A DNA stretch of 63,967 nucleotides, filler included, from Stramenopiles sp. TOSAG23-3 (GCA_900128585.1; 11 parts of 11 records of this genome joined end to end with filler, not necessarily neighbours in it), one strand, 5' to 3'; counted from the whole stretch's first letter, positions 29,196 to 40,744 are shown. Numbers and translations: made by a program. Notes: generated from the letters alone by a model not told the origin.

Positions 29196-30098
29196 TTCAT
29201 TGTCTCGCAGATCTAACTTCGTCAACCTAGTGCAATTTTCAATGTAAGGCGACAACGCCTTTATTTTGAGACCAGGGGCGATTATTTCTTTAATGGTTTC
29301 GTAGGAACATTCTGGAACCCCAAAAATTCCATTTTTGAAGACCAGTTTAGGCTCGGCATTTTCCCATAAAACGCTGCCAAGCTCCGCAGAACACTTTGAA
29401 TTTATATGAACGGATGATCCGACGACATAAAACAACTGCACAGTTGCAAAGACTACTCCGCAGAGCATTATTATGAAAAGGCCTTTCAATCCCTGCGCGC
29501 GCGTTTTCGTTCTCGGCTTCGTTAGCCCCTCTTCTGGTTTACTCTTTTCGACTAATTTAACTCCTATTGCCTCCCCCATTTCTTGTAAACGAAGCAAAAA
29601 TAAAATAGAAGGCTGAGCAAGACTCATGCTTCCAACAAACGGATCTCCATACAAATCCGTAGATTTCAAGAATGACATGTTTAAGCAGAAACACATGAAA
29701 TCAATGATGGTATCTGTGGCCAGAAACATTCCGTTTCGAAGCCCTGATTCAGAGGCATCCGGAGGTACTTTGATTTGTAAAAACACAAACAGTGTATTCA
29801 CTAGCAAGTTCAAAAAGAAAAAAACAGAAGCCATCTGCACGTACAACTGCGGCTTCTGTCCGTAGAAAGTTTGCAAACTAATAATCAGCATTGCAATTTC
29901 AAAGATCTCCCAAACCATCATTTCAGCGAAGAAGAATTCCCCGTTTCGTAGACTAGTGCTTTGCTTGTACTGATCCAGAATGCGTTGAAAACAATTCTTT
30001 TTTCCCTCTTCCGAGATGTTGTCGTAAACAATTGCGCCGTGTCCTGAAATTGCAACCGTAGCAAGCTGCAACGTGAAACAAGTGAGAATACGAAGCAA
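29196..30098 (-). CDS. Fragment of a multi-pass membrane protein followed by leucine-rich repeats
   Basis: Several hydrophobic helices, then LKIKALSPYIENCTRLTKLDLRDN (LRR). No ATG at the 5' end; 3'-truncated. Confidence 0.6.
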
Positions 30099-30888
30099 TG
30101 GGGTGTTTTAGATGCTGCAAAAGCCTGTGCATTTGTCTTTCTCGAGCTTGATGCTGTCGTAACATGGAAACGAAACCACGCCAACGCTGCCAACCCATGA
30201 CCAGCGACCGCATTGCAATGTATCTAAATTCCCTAGAAACGATCCGGCGCAGTAAAGCCCTGCGCGAATGCTGAGATGACATTTTTCGATCTATATGCAC
30301 CAATTGGTTCTGCCAATGCACAAACGCGTCGTGTAAAATGTAGCCCGTATTCTTTATTATGAGCAGTAGGACGGCTCTTCGTTTGGTTTTTAGTAATTTT
30401 GACACCCTAACCCAGCCTTTAAAATGTATTCGCAATGATCCCATGCGCCACTTTTTGTCCGCTCGACGGGTATTTGCTCGGTAGTGCCGTACTTTTCTGC
30501 TGTACTGACGCCACACCCAAAATACTCTCCTAATTAAGCGATTTGAAGCACGGAACAATAAACTTTTCTGCAGTCGAAAGACATTCTGGGAAATATAATC
30601 CAGCTTCGATTGCATGACGGTTGACTGCATGGCGGCAGCATTGTCACTGTTGCCTCTATGCATTGCAAATTGTGTTATCCTAGCGATTTTTTGTCTTCTG
30701 CGAATTTCTCGATACTTTTGAATTTTCTTTAAACTGTCTTCTTTGGCCTTCGCTGCCTTGGCAACATGTTTCCAGGACAAGAAACGTTTTCTGGTGGAAA
30801 GATGCTTTCGTAGTCGGTGTATGTTTTCTTCAGAACTTGAAGGCGTTTTCAACGGTGCCAATGCTTTCCATATCTCCCATGCATGCAT
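29953..30888 (-). pseudogene. Fragment with Sfi1-like Trp repeats, fused out of frame to the TM-LRR fragment
   Basis: Periodic RVFWVWR, IHFKGWV, DAFVHWQ and MGWQRWR motifs; protein-like character is lost after about 30100. Confidence 0.5.
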
Positions 30889-31456
30889 TAATTCTCTATG
30901 TTGGAGTTATCAAAAATAATAATAATAAAATATAAACCCACCGCCGCCGTCGCCGCCGCCGCCGCCCGCACGTGATTACTTTACGAGTAGTAGTTGTTAC
31001 CATGAATGCAAAGTTAAGAAATCATGTTGATATTGGTATTGATTTCTAGGAGATTTAATTCAACACACATTCAAGGGTTTATTTGCCAACGCATGATTTT
31101 TTGGGGTTCGAGTTGAAACATTACTTGTTTCAGAAGTACATCATAAACGCATTTAAACGAAGAGTATGTCGCACGATAAAAGTGGTCATCGTGGTGAGGA
31201 TGGCCCCTGCTCCCCCGTCGTCGCCAAATGGAGATCACACCGTGACCGGATGAGAAGCCGCTTGTCAGCAACGAAGTCGCGCCCAGAGGAATTGGAGTTA
31301 AGGGACAGCGGTCGTTTGGGGAATGCATACCATGGAATTGAAAATGCGTTGGAGGTGATCCACGCTTCTGTCGCACAGGGAGGTACGAAATGTCTGGGTG
31401 CAACTGTTGTTACTACCCCATTGAGATGTTTACTAATTTAACACACACGTTTTCTG

Positions 31457-34400
31457 TCAAACGACAACAGTAGGCGCGAGCGACAAGGGTCTATACTTCA
31501 TTCCATTTATATCCAAGTTGATACGAAGTTTCTGATCCCTGGCTGAGACAGCTATGCGCATGGTACCACCCGATATTCCAATATCACTAAACGCTTCTCC
31601 CATGCTCTTACCGTTCAGAAAAAATTCTATACTTTTTTTTCCTAAATTTGCAAGACACCCAATTACGTCCCCATGTTTCCATTTGTTGCCATAATCTTCG
31701 TTGCGTTTATTCGACCCTTTTTGTCGGCCCCATTTTTTCCCTTTGTTTTCGCCCCCTCTGTTTCCGTCAAAGCCCCAGCTATGGCAATCATCTCCTACGC
31801 CATCAGATGACTGTAGGTTCTTTGCCTCGAATTTATCATCCACAAAACCGCATTGCGAAAATCCTTTTCCGCTAATGTATTCGATTTCGTAGTAAATATT
31901 AACAGTGTCATAACCCTTTTCAGTGGCAAAGGTACTAAACTCTTTGAAGTCCACGACATACACATTAGGCAGTAATTTTTCGATTAGGCAGTTTCCCGGC
32001 AATCCAACAATACGATGAAAGACTATTTCACCAGCAGCTTGAATTCTCTTCGCCTCCCTTTTTTCTTCCTCCAATCTTTCTGAAAGATCTGATGGCATCA
32101 ATTTCAGGAACTCGTCTTTTTGTCCTAGTTTATGGTACATCTCTGCAAGCCGTTTCTCGGTTTCTGAAATTTCTTCATCGCCTTCTGGCAAAATACGTTT
32201 GTAAAGCGCCAACGTTTCCTCAAATAAGGAACGTGCTTGTTCATAGTGCTCCTCAAAATCGCTGTATATTGATGCAAGATTGTACATGCTCACTGCAACG
32301 TCCCGATGTTCTTCGCCATAGATCTTTTTACGGAAATCCAACGCTTTTTCCAACAACTCTAACGCATCTTTTATATTTTGGTCCTTTCCTATTTTAATGT
32401 GAGTAATAGCAAGATTGTTCATGCTGTCGGCTATGTATGGATGATCCTCGGGCCCTTCCTGTTGACGATCCGCCAATGTTTTCTTATGCAACTCAAGGGC
32501 ATCATTATACCGTTCTAATTCGTTGTACGTAAGTGCAAGGTTATTCTGAGCCTTAGTAATATCTAAAAAGCTGGCTTCTTTCTTTCGAAAACATTGCAGT
32601 GCTTCGTCTTCCAATTTACGCGCTTCCTCACAATTCTGTGCGCCTCCTTTATTTCTGTACGCATTTGCAAGATCCCCCTTGCCCCTTGCAATTTTTAGTT
32701 CATCACCTTGCAGTTTAGTGAGTTCCAGCGATTCTTTATACAATTCAAGGGCCTTATCAGTGTATTTCAAACGTAAGTAGGTATCTGCGAGCTTGTTCTG
32801 AGCTGTTGCAATGTCTAGATTATTACTTCTAAGGAAATCTAACCATTTCATTTTCATTTGACGGGCGTCTTCATGGTGCCCTAAACGACTGTGCGTATCT
32901 CCAATATGCCCCATTAAAGTTCCCACTTCCCCGTCCGTTTCATTCTGCAGCCGAGGAACTGAATTTAGAAGAAATTTCCCATGGCTAACCCAGCGTTGCA
33001 AAAACTTCATCTTCTCCACCCATTTCTCTTTGCTCTTGTTTGCACTAATGAAGCCTTGATTGAAGGCACGAACACAAACACGAGCCAATTTTATTTTCTC
33101 TTCGTCCGATATTTCATCAAACTGTACCTCTTGGACCAACCTATGAATCGAAAACGTGTTGTTGTTGTTATCCCACTCTACGAGCGAATTACTTGATAGC
33201 TCACTCAGCAATTTCCTTGCATCTCCTGTTTCAAAAGGAGTATTGTCTGTGGAATCAGGAATTTTTGAAATAATGTCTACAATCTCCACCGGTTTGTAGT
33301 CCGGTGCCATAAACGACGCAAGTCGAAACATATACTTTGCCTTACGAGGCAATTCCATTACATTCATGTGCCATGTCGTTTTGATCGTTTCCTTTTTTCT
33401 AGCTTCATCATCTTCATCATTGAAATCAAGCTTTTCTATCGCACTCATCATCTTACGTTCATCTACTTTGAACTTGAATTTCAAATCGCTTTCTTTCAGA
33501 AATTGCATATCTTTTAACCTATTGTATCCAAGACGTGTTAACTCTTTTTCATATTTGCCAAGATCATTGTCACATAACCATTTCCGAACTATCACTTTCT
33601 CCCGCAATTTTTTCTGTTCCGTTTCATCAAACATTTTTGTACGTTTCTTAACGTACAGCTGTTTGTACTCCTCCCATGTACAACCCCTTATCCGTACGAA
33701 AGAACCGGCCTGGACAAGTGCTAATGGAAGACCGTGCAGTCCATGTCGGCCAGCAAGCCACTTTAGCGCTTCCCCTTCTTGGTCGCCTTTATGTCCTGCA
33801 ACACGCAACAATAACCTCTGTGCTGAACATTGTTCAAGGGTTGATATAGGTAAAATATATTCTTTACCAAATCCAAGCTGTTCTAATTCAATAGAATTGT
33901 GCCTTGCTCGTGTTGTCAACAGAACATCCCCTCGCATTGCCTTGCATGGTAAAATGGTTCTAATGGTTCTACAGCAAAGCAACTCAAGGTTGTCCGCATT
34001 GTCGTAGATAATCAACCAATTTGAATGTTCTTGAAACCATTTTAAAACGCGCACAATGACTACTTTATATTTGGTTTTTTCCAAGCCTTTCATCCTGAGA
34101 TCAATATCGGCAATGTTCCAGAAACTCGCTTCAATTGACTTCTTAGTGCCTGCAGACACCCAGAATACGCCGCCTGGGTATGCTTTACGATTCTTACGCG
34201 CATACTGTTTTACAATTGCAGTCTTGCCAAGACCGCCAAGCCCTTGCAAAGCGACCATGTTTACGTTAGTAGGCCGCAAATGACGAACCAACTCTTGATA
34301 ATTTTGATTGTCAGTGAAAAATGGGTCTTCCGACTCGATTTCCCGTGGCCAAGCTTCCTGTTTATGAACCGCACGCATTTTTTCTATCTTGACTAACAAC

Positions 34401-34926
34401 TCCACAACCGTCGTGTGTCCATTTTCTTTTGCCAGATGCAAAGCCATGTACCAATATTTTTCTACCTTCTTGTCGATACAGCAGTTTTGGTGACCCATAA
34501 ATAACAACTTCACAACCTCCGCGTGTCCTTTTTCTGATGCCAGATGCAAAGCTGTGTACCCATATTCACGTTGCCTCTTGTCGTTTATCGTTAGATTTAC
34601 ACCACAATCTCTATTAAATGTTGTATATCCATCCAGTATAATTTTGACAACCTCCATGTATCCTTTTTCTGATGCCAGATGCAAGGCCGTCCGCCCACAC
34701 TTGTCCCGCATGTTGATATGACAGTTTTGGTGACCCAATAACAAGTTCACAACCTCCGCGCGTCCGTTTTTTGATGCCAGATGCAAAGCTGTGTACCCAT
34801 ATTCACACTTGTCCCGCATGTCATTTATCGTTAGATTTACACCACAATCTCTATTAAATGTTGTATATCCATGCAGTATAATTTTGACAACCTCCATGTA
34901 TCCTTTTTCTGATGCCAGATGCAAGG
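31457..34926 (-). CDS. NLR-like STAND protein: ankyrin repeats - NB-ARC (with inserted SAM) - TPRs - SPRY, 5'-truncated
   Basis: TALHLAS ankyrins; GLGGLGKT (Walker A), WLIIYDNAD (Walker B), VLLTTR, GLPLAL, FSIHRLVQ; TPRs such as HPYIADSMNNLA; SPRY YYEIE...GVGDDCHSWGFDG...GDVIGC...FFLNG. Confidence 0.9.
34441..34926 (-). repeat. High-identity coding tandem repeat (240-bp period) in the ankyrin array
   Basis: 34584-34686 and 34824-34926 are 103 bp with a single mismatch. Confidence 0.9.
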
Positions 34927-35026
34927 NNNNNNNNNNNNNNNNNNNNNNNNNNNNNNNNNNNNNNNNNNNNTTAATTAATTAANNNNNNNNNNNNNNNNNN
35001 NNNNNNNNNNNNNNNNNNNNNNNNNN
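34927..35026. other. Artificial contig spacer
   Basis: N44-TTAATTAATTAA-N44. Confidence 0.99.
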
Positions 35027-35519
35027 AAAACGATGAAATAGCGAATCGAAAATGGGACCGAACGGGACAGGGCACAATTGTTGGGTAGAGTTTGCACGCG
35101 GGGCGTAAAATATTTTATTAGCCCACAACCTCCCCTGATTCATAATAAGTTTATCACACATCTTTTAACTCGTACGAAGTGTTATCTTATGCACATTTAA
35201 CGTTCATGATTTAATAATATTACTTGGTACAAACTATTTTATTTGTTTTTTTTTTACTTGGTTGTAAATTTAATTAATCTTTTATGTCATACGTATCATA
35301 TCATATTATAGCATACGTATCATATGATAATGTAATTTAAGAAATAAAGATTACGAGTTTAAACGCCTAAATAATTCGCGTAACAACCAAATATTTGTTT
35401 CTAATTTCTTCGTAAGCATATTTTCAGAATTCTTCGAATACTTAAGAGTAAGAATTCTTATTAATCATATATTTGTTTCTTAAACGAATGCCCCCCCCCA
35501 TTACTACTACTTCGTAATA

Positions 35520-36722
35520 TCATTTTTTAGTTTTTCGCTTCGTGCGAAGTAAAAAGAGGTCCGCGTGCGCAAAGCAGGGCAGCTGGGAGAAACATATGAC
35601 TTCCTCCTCCCCATCTTTAACCAACGCCTTCAGGCTGCACGTTTGGATTTCATCCCAAAATTTTCCTAGGTGCTTTGCTTCAGCCTTTGCTTTCGTTCCC
35701 AAACTCCACGCTTCCAGTCTGGCACGCCGCCGGTACCGCTCCTCCCAGTTCATTTCCACTACGGTGTCAAAACTTTCAATTCGTTTGTGCTTCAGAATTT
35801 TCTTCCGTTCCCCTTCCGGGTTATCAGACGACCGGATCCACAATTGTTGCACCATTGCCATCATTTTTTTTGCATGAAGTGTATGTAACCTTTGGCAGCG
35901 GCCTAGCCATTGCTCTTCGTAATTCTCATTTATTGGCTTGACGGAACCATGGCTCCAAGCCCTGCTATGCTCCATGTGCAGCGCAAGGGAGCAGGTCCCT
36001 TCCTGCGGCCATGCACACGGACAACTCGCCGCGGCGGATAGTTTTCTGGGAACAGGCTGTCCCGCATCGCGCTGCAGGATCAAATAAAAACGCTTCGATT
36101 TGTTGTTATGCGGCATATCCATAACAACATTGGACGTAAAACCAGCTTGCACCGAAAGAAATTGGAGCCTTCCACAATCGGAAGGTCGATTTGGGAAAAA
36201 TTGAGCAACCAGGACGCCACCGGGGTGCAAAAGCTTTAGTGCCTTTGCCATAAATTGGACAATCAAGTCGTCCGTATCTTCCCTTATGCACAACCACTGA
36301 AGCGCTGAAATGCTAAATATTCCGTCAAAAACGGGGGCGTCTCTGAACGGCAAAGACTGGCAAAAATTTTGAGAAAGTAGATCCCTCTGGAATTCTAACT
36401 GGGAATGCTGGCCTTGGCGCAACATATCAATGGACAGATCCGTCCCGATCACAAAAGGCGCCTTGCTGGAATATTTGTCTATCGTATTCTGACAGCTCCC
36501 TGACCCAATGCCCACATTCAGAAAAAAACCGCTTTGCTTTCCAATCCCGGTGTGCGAGTGCATGAAATGCAATGCTCTGTACGCCAGTTCGTCTTGTATC
36601 CCCGTCTTTTTCTCAGCACGGGAATATCGTTTCGTTTCGGTTTCATCGTAATACGCTCCTTCCCCAGCTGTTCCAGACGTCTCCGGCCTCCCTCGTCGAT
36701 CCCTCTTCCGCTTTCTCGTCAT
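35520..36722 (-). CDS. BUD23/WBSCR22-like class I methyltransferase (divergent paralog)
   Basis: RPE...YYDETETKRY, IQDELAYRAL, GTDLSIDML, LPFR...FDGIFSISALQWLC, QFFP and AGF...VMDMPHNNKSKRFYLIL. Confidence 0.8.
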   Translation of the reverse strand: MTRKRKRDRRGRPETSGTAGEGAYYDETETKRYSRAEKKTGIQDELAYRALHFMHSHTGIGKQSGFFLNVGIGSGSCQNTIDKYSSKAPFVIGTDLSIDMLRQGQHSQLEFQRDLLSQNFCQSLPFRDAPVFDGIFSISALQWLCIREDTDDLIVQFMAKALKLLHPGGVLVAQFFPNRPSDCGRLQFLSVQAGFTSNVVMDMPHNNKSKRFYLILQRDAGQPVPRKLSAAASCPCAWPQEGTCSLALHMEHSRAWSHGSVKPINENYEEQWLGRCQRLHTLHAKKMMAMVQQLWIRSSDNPEGERKKILKHKRIESFDTVVEMNWEERYRRRARLEAWSLGTKAKAEAKHLGKFWDEIQTCSLKALVKDGEEEVICFSQLPCFAHADLFLLRTKRKTKK

Positions 36723-37260
36723 GGGTACTCAACGTGCCTGGCTGTTGAACGCGCGCCGCGTATTGCGAACCGTCTACCAAATAGAAACAATACAAGCTCT
36801 CTTAATAAAACGAAATACAAAATATTTAAACGATGCAAAATATTTTTTGAAGAAAAAAAATAGACGACATACAAAATATTGAAATAATATACTAATGAAG
36901 AAAAAAAATAGCTTCCTGCTTCCTCTTCTTCTCCTCCGTCTGTCGTCGTCATCTCTCCTCTGGCTTGCTTTTTTTGGCGGCTTTTTTTTTTCTTCTTCAT
37001 TCATTGGAATATTAAAAATTAAAAAAAAAATAATACGACGTCTCTATATTTAATACTACGCGATAAAGAAAAAATATTATAGTAAGTAGGAGGGGGCGGC
37101 TAATCCTCCTCCTCCTCCTCTAAAGGCTACTAACTTATTACCATGTTCAACCAAGTGACCAGTATAAACATTGAACAACGTTTTCATTTTCCCCACCCCC
37201 CGAAAAGACACACAAAAGGAACCTTCAAGCACTGCCGCTAGTCTTGGATTTGTAAAAAGG

Positions 37261-40200
37261 ATGGCTTCGTTTTTTGTAAAGGTCTTCGAAACGCTTTCTG
37301 CCCCGTCGCAGGAGGACGAGCAACTTCAAAAGCAACGGGTGTACTTACTGAAGGGCCTGAAACAAACGTCGAAACGTGTGCTCTCGAATTCATCGGTCGG
37401 GGAAAACGCTGGTCGAATAAGGTCAACGGACCCGTTTGCAGAGCAACTGTGCAATGATATTTTAGCGTGTCTTCGCCATGGCCTGAAGGGCCGTGGGAAA
37501 GATGGTTTCTGGGGGTTCATCAATGAGTGCTGCAAACGGGTGCTGTCTTCCAGTTCCCAAAATTCAAAGTTGGAACCATTTTTGGATAGCGTGCAGGCCG
37601 TTGGGATGCTCGACTTTGTAAAGACCCCAGAAGGGAAATCGAGAGCATGGGTAAGGCAGGCTTTGAACACCAAGGCAATGGCGGACGCGATCGAAGAAAT
37701 GATCCGGCACCAACCTACCCTGATACTAAGGTACGAGCCCTGGTCGCTCTTGAGGTGCAGTACTGGCAACCGAATACTAGTTTCTATAATAGCGCCTCTC
37801 GCAATATTTGATTTTTGTTTCGATGTTGACATCGCGCTTCTTGACCACCAAGACTTTCCAAGCCTCCCGGAAGAATTAATTATTGCGTCCATGGCTTCCG
37901 CGAAGCCTCCCGGGAGAGCGTCCCGTTCCACTTCGCAAGCGGAACAGGAGTTACAGAATAAACTTTGGGAAAGCAAGCGCGCTGGCGGAAGCCAAGTTCG
38001 AAGGAAGCGGAGTGCGTCCGACGGTGGCGGGGTGACCAATCTGGCGTCGTCTGCGTTTTCTTTCCTCTCTCGCGCTGCTCATACAATAACAAAAGACGCT
38101 TCGTCCGCACTGGACGTAATAATCGATGGGATGAGCAATACGAAACGACTTCGCCAAAAGTGTGGGTTCGAAATGAACCTGTCGTTACTCGTACGCTCGC
38201 AGCGTCACTGCCGCCACGCACTGCTGGAACCAAGGCTCGGGGTCCCGCGGATTGCCGAGCAGTGTTTCAACGCCCTGGAAAGTCAGCTGGATACGAAGGG
38301 CTTGTTCCAAGTTTCACCGCCCGAGGCGGAGGTGTTGGCGCTTAAAGAGGCGTACAGTACGGGAAGAAGTCTACCGGTCGGGCTGTTTTCGGCGCATGCG
38401 ATCGGTGGCCTTCTGATCGCCTTCTTGTCCAGCATCCCGCATTGTCTGGTCCCGCCGCTGCACCGACTGCCGCTGATCGTCTGCGCGACGGAGATCGAAG
38501 AAGTAGAAGCACGCGATCGAAACATAGGCTTTCGGCTGCAAGAGTTGCCTTGGGCGCACCGCCCGCTGTTTCGAAAATTGGTCGAATTTTTTCGCCGGGT
38601 AGTTTCCCCAGAGCACTCCGCCTTGAATGGGACGTCGCCGATGGGCGTTGCGGGCCTCCTGGCTCACATCATGTTCGACATTCACGGTGTCGAAACTATA
38701 GAAACGTTGGACGGCAGTTTGGAAACTACAGATGGGAAAACAGGGGGGCCCCGGACTGTGAAAAAGACGGTTCCAAAAATGTCATCGTCTGAAATTGAAA
38801 AGGCGATCCAAACGGCGCACATAATTCTCACGGGAAGGGATCAAGTCTTGGCGGGGATCAAAGAGAAAATGGCGCAGCACAAGCAGTCGCTAGATGGGAA
38901 AGTTCTGTACCTTCGACAAACGTACGAGGTCCAATTTAAACCATTCAATGCACAGAGCCCGTCCCACGTTAGCCTCTTACGGAAAATATGGGATTTACTG
39001 CTGCACAAAGTTGAAGGCCCAATGCCGAGCCCGTTGCCTCCCTTTTCCCTTCAATCAGGCATGTGGTCCAGGTTTGGGTTTCGTGGCAGCGATCCTACCA
39101 TCGATCTGCGCGGGGGCGGTATTTACGCGCTTCAACAACTCGTTTACCTGTACACCAACTACACAGAGAAAATACTGTTTCTCCTGCGTTGGCACGAGGA
39201 GGTCTCGAACAATAGAGCACTGCACGCGTACCCTATGGTGATAACGTTCGTTCGATGCGCGAGAATCGTGACCGAGGTGACAGGGCTACAGCCCAAGGCT
39301 ACGGGCGCGTCGGCGTCAGACACGTTCTCGCTGAACTCCCTATGCAACGGGCCGTGTTGGAGGCTGTTTGACCACGGTTCGTCGTCGATGGGGGAGCTTT
39401 GCGCGTTTGCATTCTTGCTTCACGACCGTCACTGGAGGAAGCAGGACGCGCATTTCGTGGACTACGACCGTCTTTTGGAGGAAACTAAGCATGAACTGAC
39501 AGGGTTGCTAACGCGCAGGCCCAGCGACACCAAGGGCCTTTGGAAGCTGTGGATCGACGACAACAGCAAAAAAGAGTTTGGAGGTGGTCCTCGCGGTGAA
39601 CTGATAGCGGAAACTGCAAATGCACCATCGATCGCGCCCGCGCCGGCGGTCCAACCGGCCCCTGAAGGCATTGCGCCGAGTAGAAAAGGGAGCAGAGAGT
39701 CGTTGCCGGATTCTCCCGTCAGAAAGCGGGTTCCCACAATGGAACAGGGCCCCGGGTCACCGCTCCTCAGTTCTTCCTTTATACTCCAACCGGACCACGT
39801 GTCCTTTTTAGTCGAAAATGCCCTTCCAATTACCTGCAAAGACTATTCGTGGGTCAGGGCGTTTAGCTTGGGGAGCGATGGCAAATCGTTCACTAATTTT
39901 CAACGGAAAATTAAGTCTCACATGGGGTCCATTCTTGTAATTAAAGATTCGACTGGACGAATTTTTGGCGGGTATGCGTCCGAACCATGGGGTCAAAACC
40001 AGGAGGGATACTATGGAACCGGGGAATGTTTTGTATTCTCGTTGGACCCATCGCGAAAAGCGTACAAATGGACGTCCAAGAATAACTTGTGCATGATGCT
40101 TAACGAGACAGCGATTGCGATGGGCGGGGGCGGGTCGTTCGCTTTTTATTTGGATAGAGATTTGTACCGTGGAAGTTCCGGGCCATGCGAAACATTTGGG

Positions 40201-40347
40201 TGCCCTAATTTAGCCGGGGGTGACGGCAAGTTCTTTTGCGTGGACCTTGAAGTTTGGTATTTCACCAGCGAAACGGTACGCACGTCGCCGTCTATGTCAG
40301 GGGGGGGATCGCCCAGCAGCATGAACCTGGGCTCGCTGGAAATTTAG
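37261..40347 (+). CDS. RUN - RhoGAP-like - ELMO/CED-12 - TLDc multidomain protein
   Basis: RUN: CLRHGLK...FWGFI...GKSRAWVRQALN. RhoGAP: VPRIAEQC...GLFQVS. ELMO: WSRFGFRGSDPTIDLRGGG. TLDc: IFGGYASEPW...YYGTGECFVF...GSSGPCETF...LEVW. Confidence 0.85.
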   Translation: MASFFVKVFETLSAPSQEDEQLQKQRVYLLKGLKQTSKRVLSNSSVGENAGRIRSTDPFAEQLCNDILACLRHGLKGRGKDGFWGFINECCKRVLSSSSQNSKLEPFLDSVQAVGMLDFVKTPEGKSRAWVRQALNTKAMADAIEEMIRHQPTLILRYEPWSLLRCSTGNRILVSIIAPLAIFDFCFDVDIALLDHQDFPSLPEELIIASMASAKPPGRASRSTSQAEQELQNKLWESKRAGGSQVRRKRSASDGGGVTNLASSAFSFLSRAAHTITKDASSALDVIIDGMSNTKRLRQKCGFEMNLSLLVRSQRHCRHALLEPRLGVPRIAEQCFNALESQLDTKGLFQVSPPEAEVLALKEAYSTGRSLPVGLFSAHAIGGLLIAFLSSIPHCLVPPLHRLPLIVCATEIEEVEARDRNIGFRLQELPWAHRPLFRKLVEFFRRVVSPEHSALNGTSPMGVAGLLAHIMFDIHGVETIETLDGSLETTDGKTGGPRTVKKTVPKMSSSEIEKAIQTAHIILTGRDQVLAGIKEKMAQHKQSLDGKVLYLRQTYEVQFKPFNAQSPSHVSLLRKIWDLLLHKVEGPMPSPLPPFSLQSGMWSRFGFRGSDPTIDLRGGGIYALQQLVYLYTNYTEKILFLLRWHEEVSNNRALHAYPMVITFVRCARIVTEVTGLQPKATGASASDTFSLNSLCNGPCWRLFDHGSSSMGELCAFAFLLHDRHWRKQDAHFVDYDRLLEETKHELTGLLTRRPSDTKGLWKLWIDDNSKKEFGGGPRGELIAETANAPSIAPAPAVQPAPEGIAPSRKGSRESLPDSPVRKRVPTMEQGPGSPLLSSSFILQPDHVSFLVENALPITCKDYSWVRAFSLGSDGKSFTNFQRKIKSHMGSILVIKDSTGRIFGGYASEPWGQNQEGYYGTGECFVFSLDPSRKAYKWTSKNNLCMMLNETAIAMGGGGSFAFYLDRDLYRGSSGPCETFGCPNLAGGDGKFFCVDLEVWYFTSETVRTSPSMSGGGSPSSMNLGSLEI

Positions 40348-40459
40348 TAAAAGTAAAAAAATAAAAACAAAAAATTGGGCCATAATTATTTAGTCGTAAT
40401 TGATATAAAATGAGAGTCTTAGAGCATACTTACTATGTAATTTGTTTTTTAGATAGAGT

Positions 40460-40495
40460 TAATTAAAATTTAGCTTCCTCATATACCGCGAAAAT
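40460..40495 (+). repeat. 36-bp dispersed non-coding repeat (copy of 27267-27302)
   Basis: Exact inverted match; adjacent 40406-40421 also matches 23449-23464. Confidence 0.9.
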
Positions 40496-40616
40496 ACTGC
40501 GTACAACTTCTATACTAGAACGACTAGTTTCTACTCCTCGTCTGCGGCGTCCCCCGGCCTCCGGTTTAACCTCTTGTGACGATGCGGTCCCCCTCGAGCC
40601 GGTTTGCATCGGGACC

Positions 40617-40742
40617 TTACTTCACAAAATACTCCTGAGCCATTACCACCCGTTTTCTATCCCCTATCTTCAGCCCGAGTTCGCGCATGTCGTCCTGTGT
40701 CAGTGCCAGGAACACCTGAAAGTCAATGCCTTCCTCTTCGAA
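40617..40742 (-). CDS. 3' end of a SAM-domain protein (not in ORF track)
   Basis: FEEEGIDFQVFLALTQDDMRELGLKIGDRKRVVMAQEYFVK-stop, the C-terminal half of a SAM domain. Confidence 0.8.
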   Translation of the reverse strand, partial: FEEEGIDFQVFLALTQDDMRELGLKIGDRKRVVMAQEYFVK

Positions 40743-40744
40743 AC

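Noticed and set aside
31166-31441. 91-aa ORF downstream of the NLR-like gene
   Set aside because: No recognisable motif; cannot be told apart from chance or a decayed fragment.
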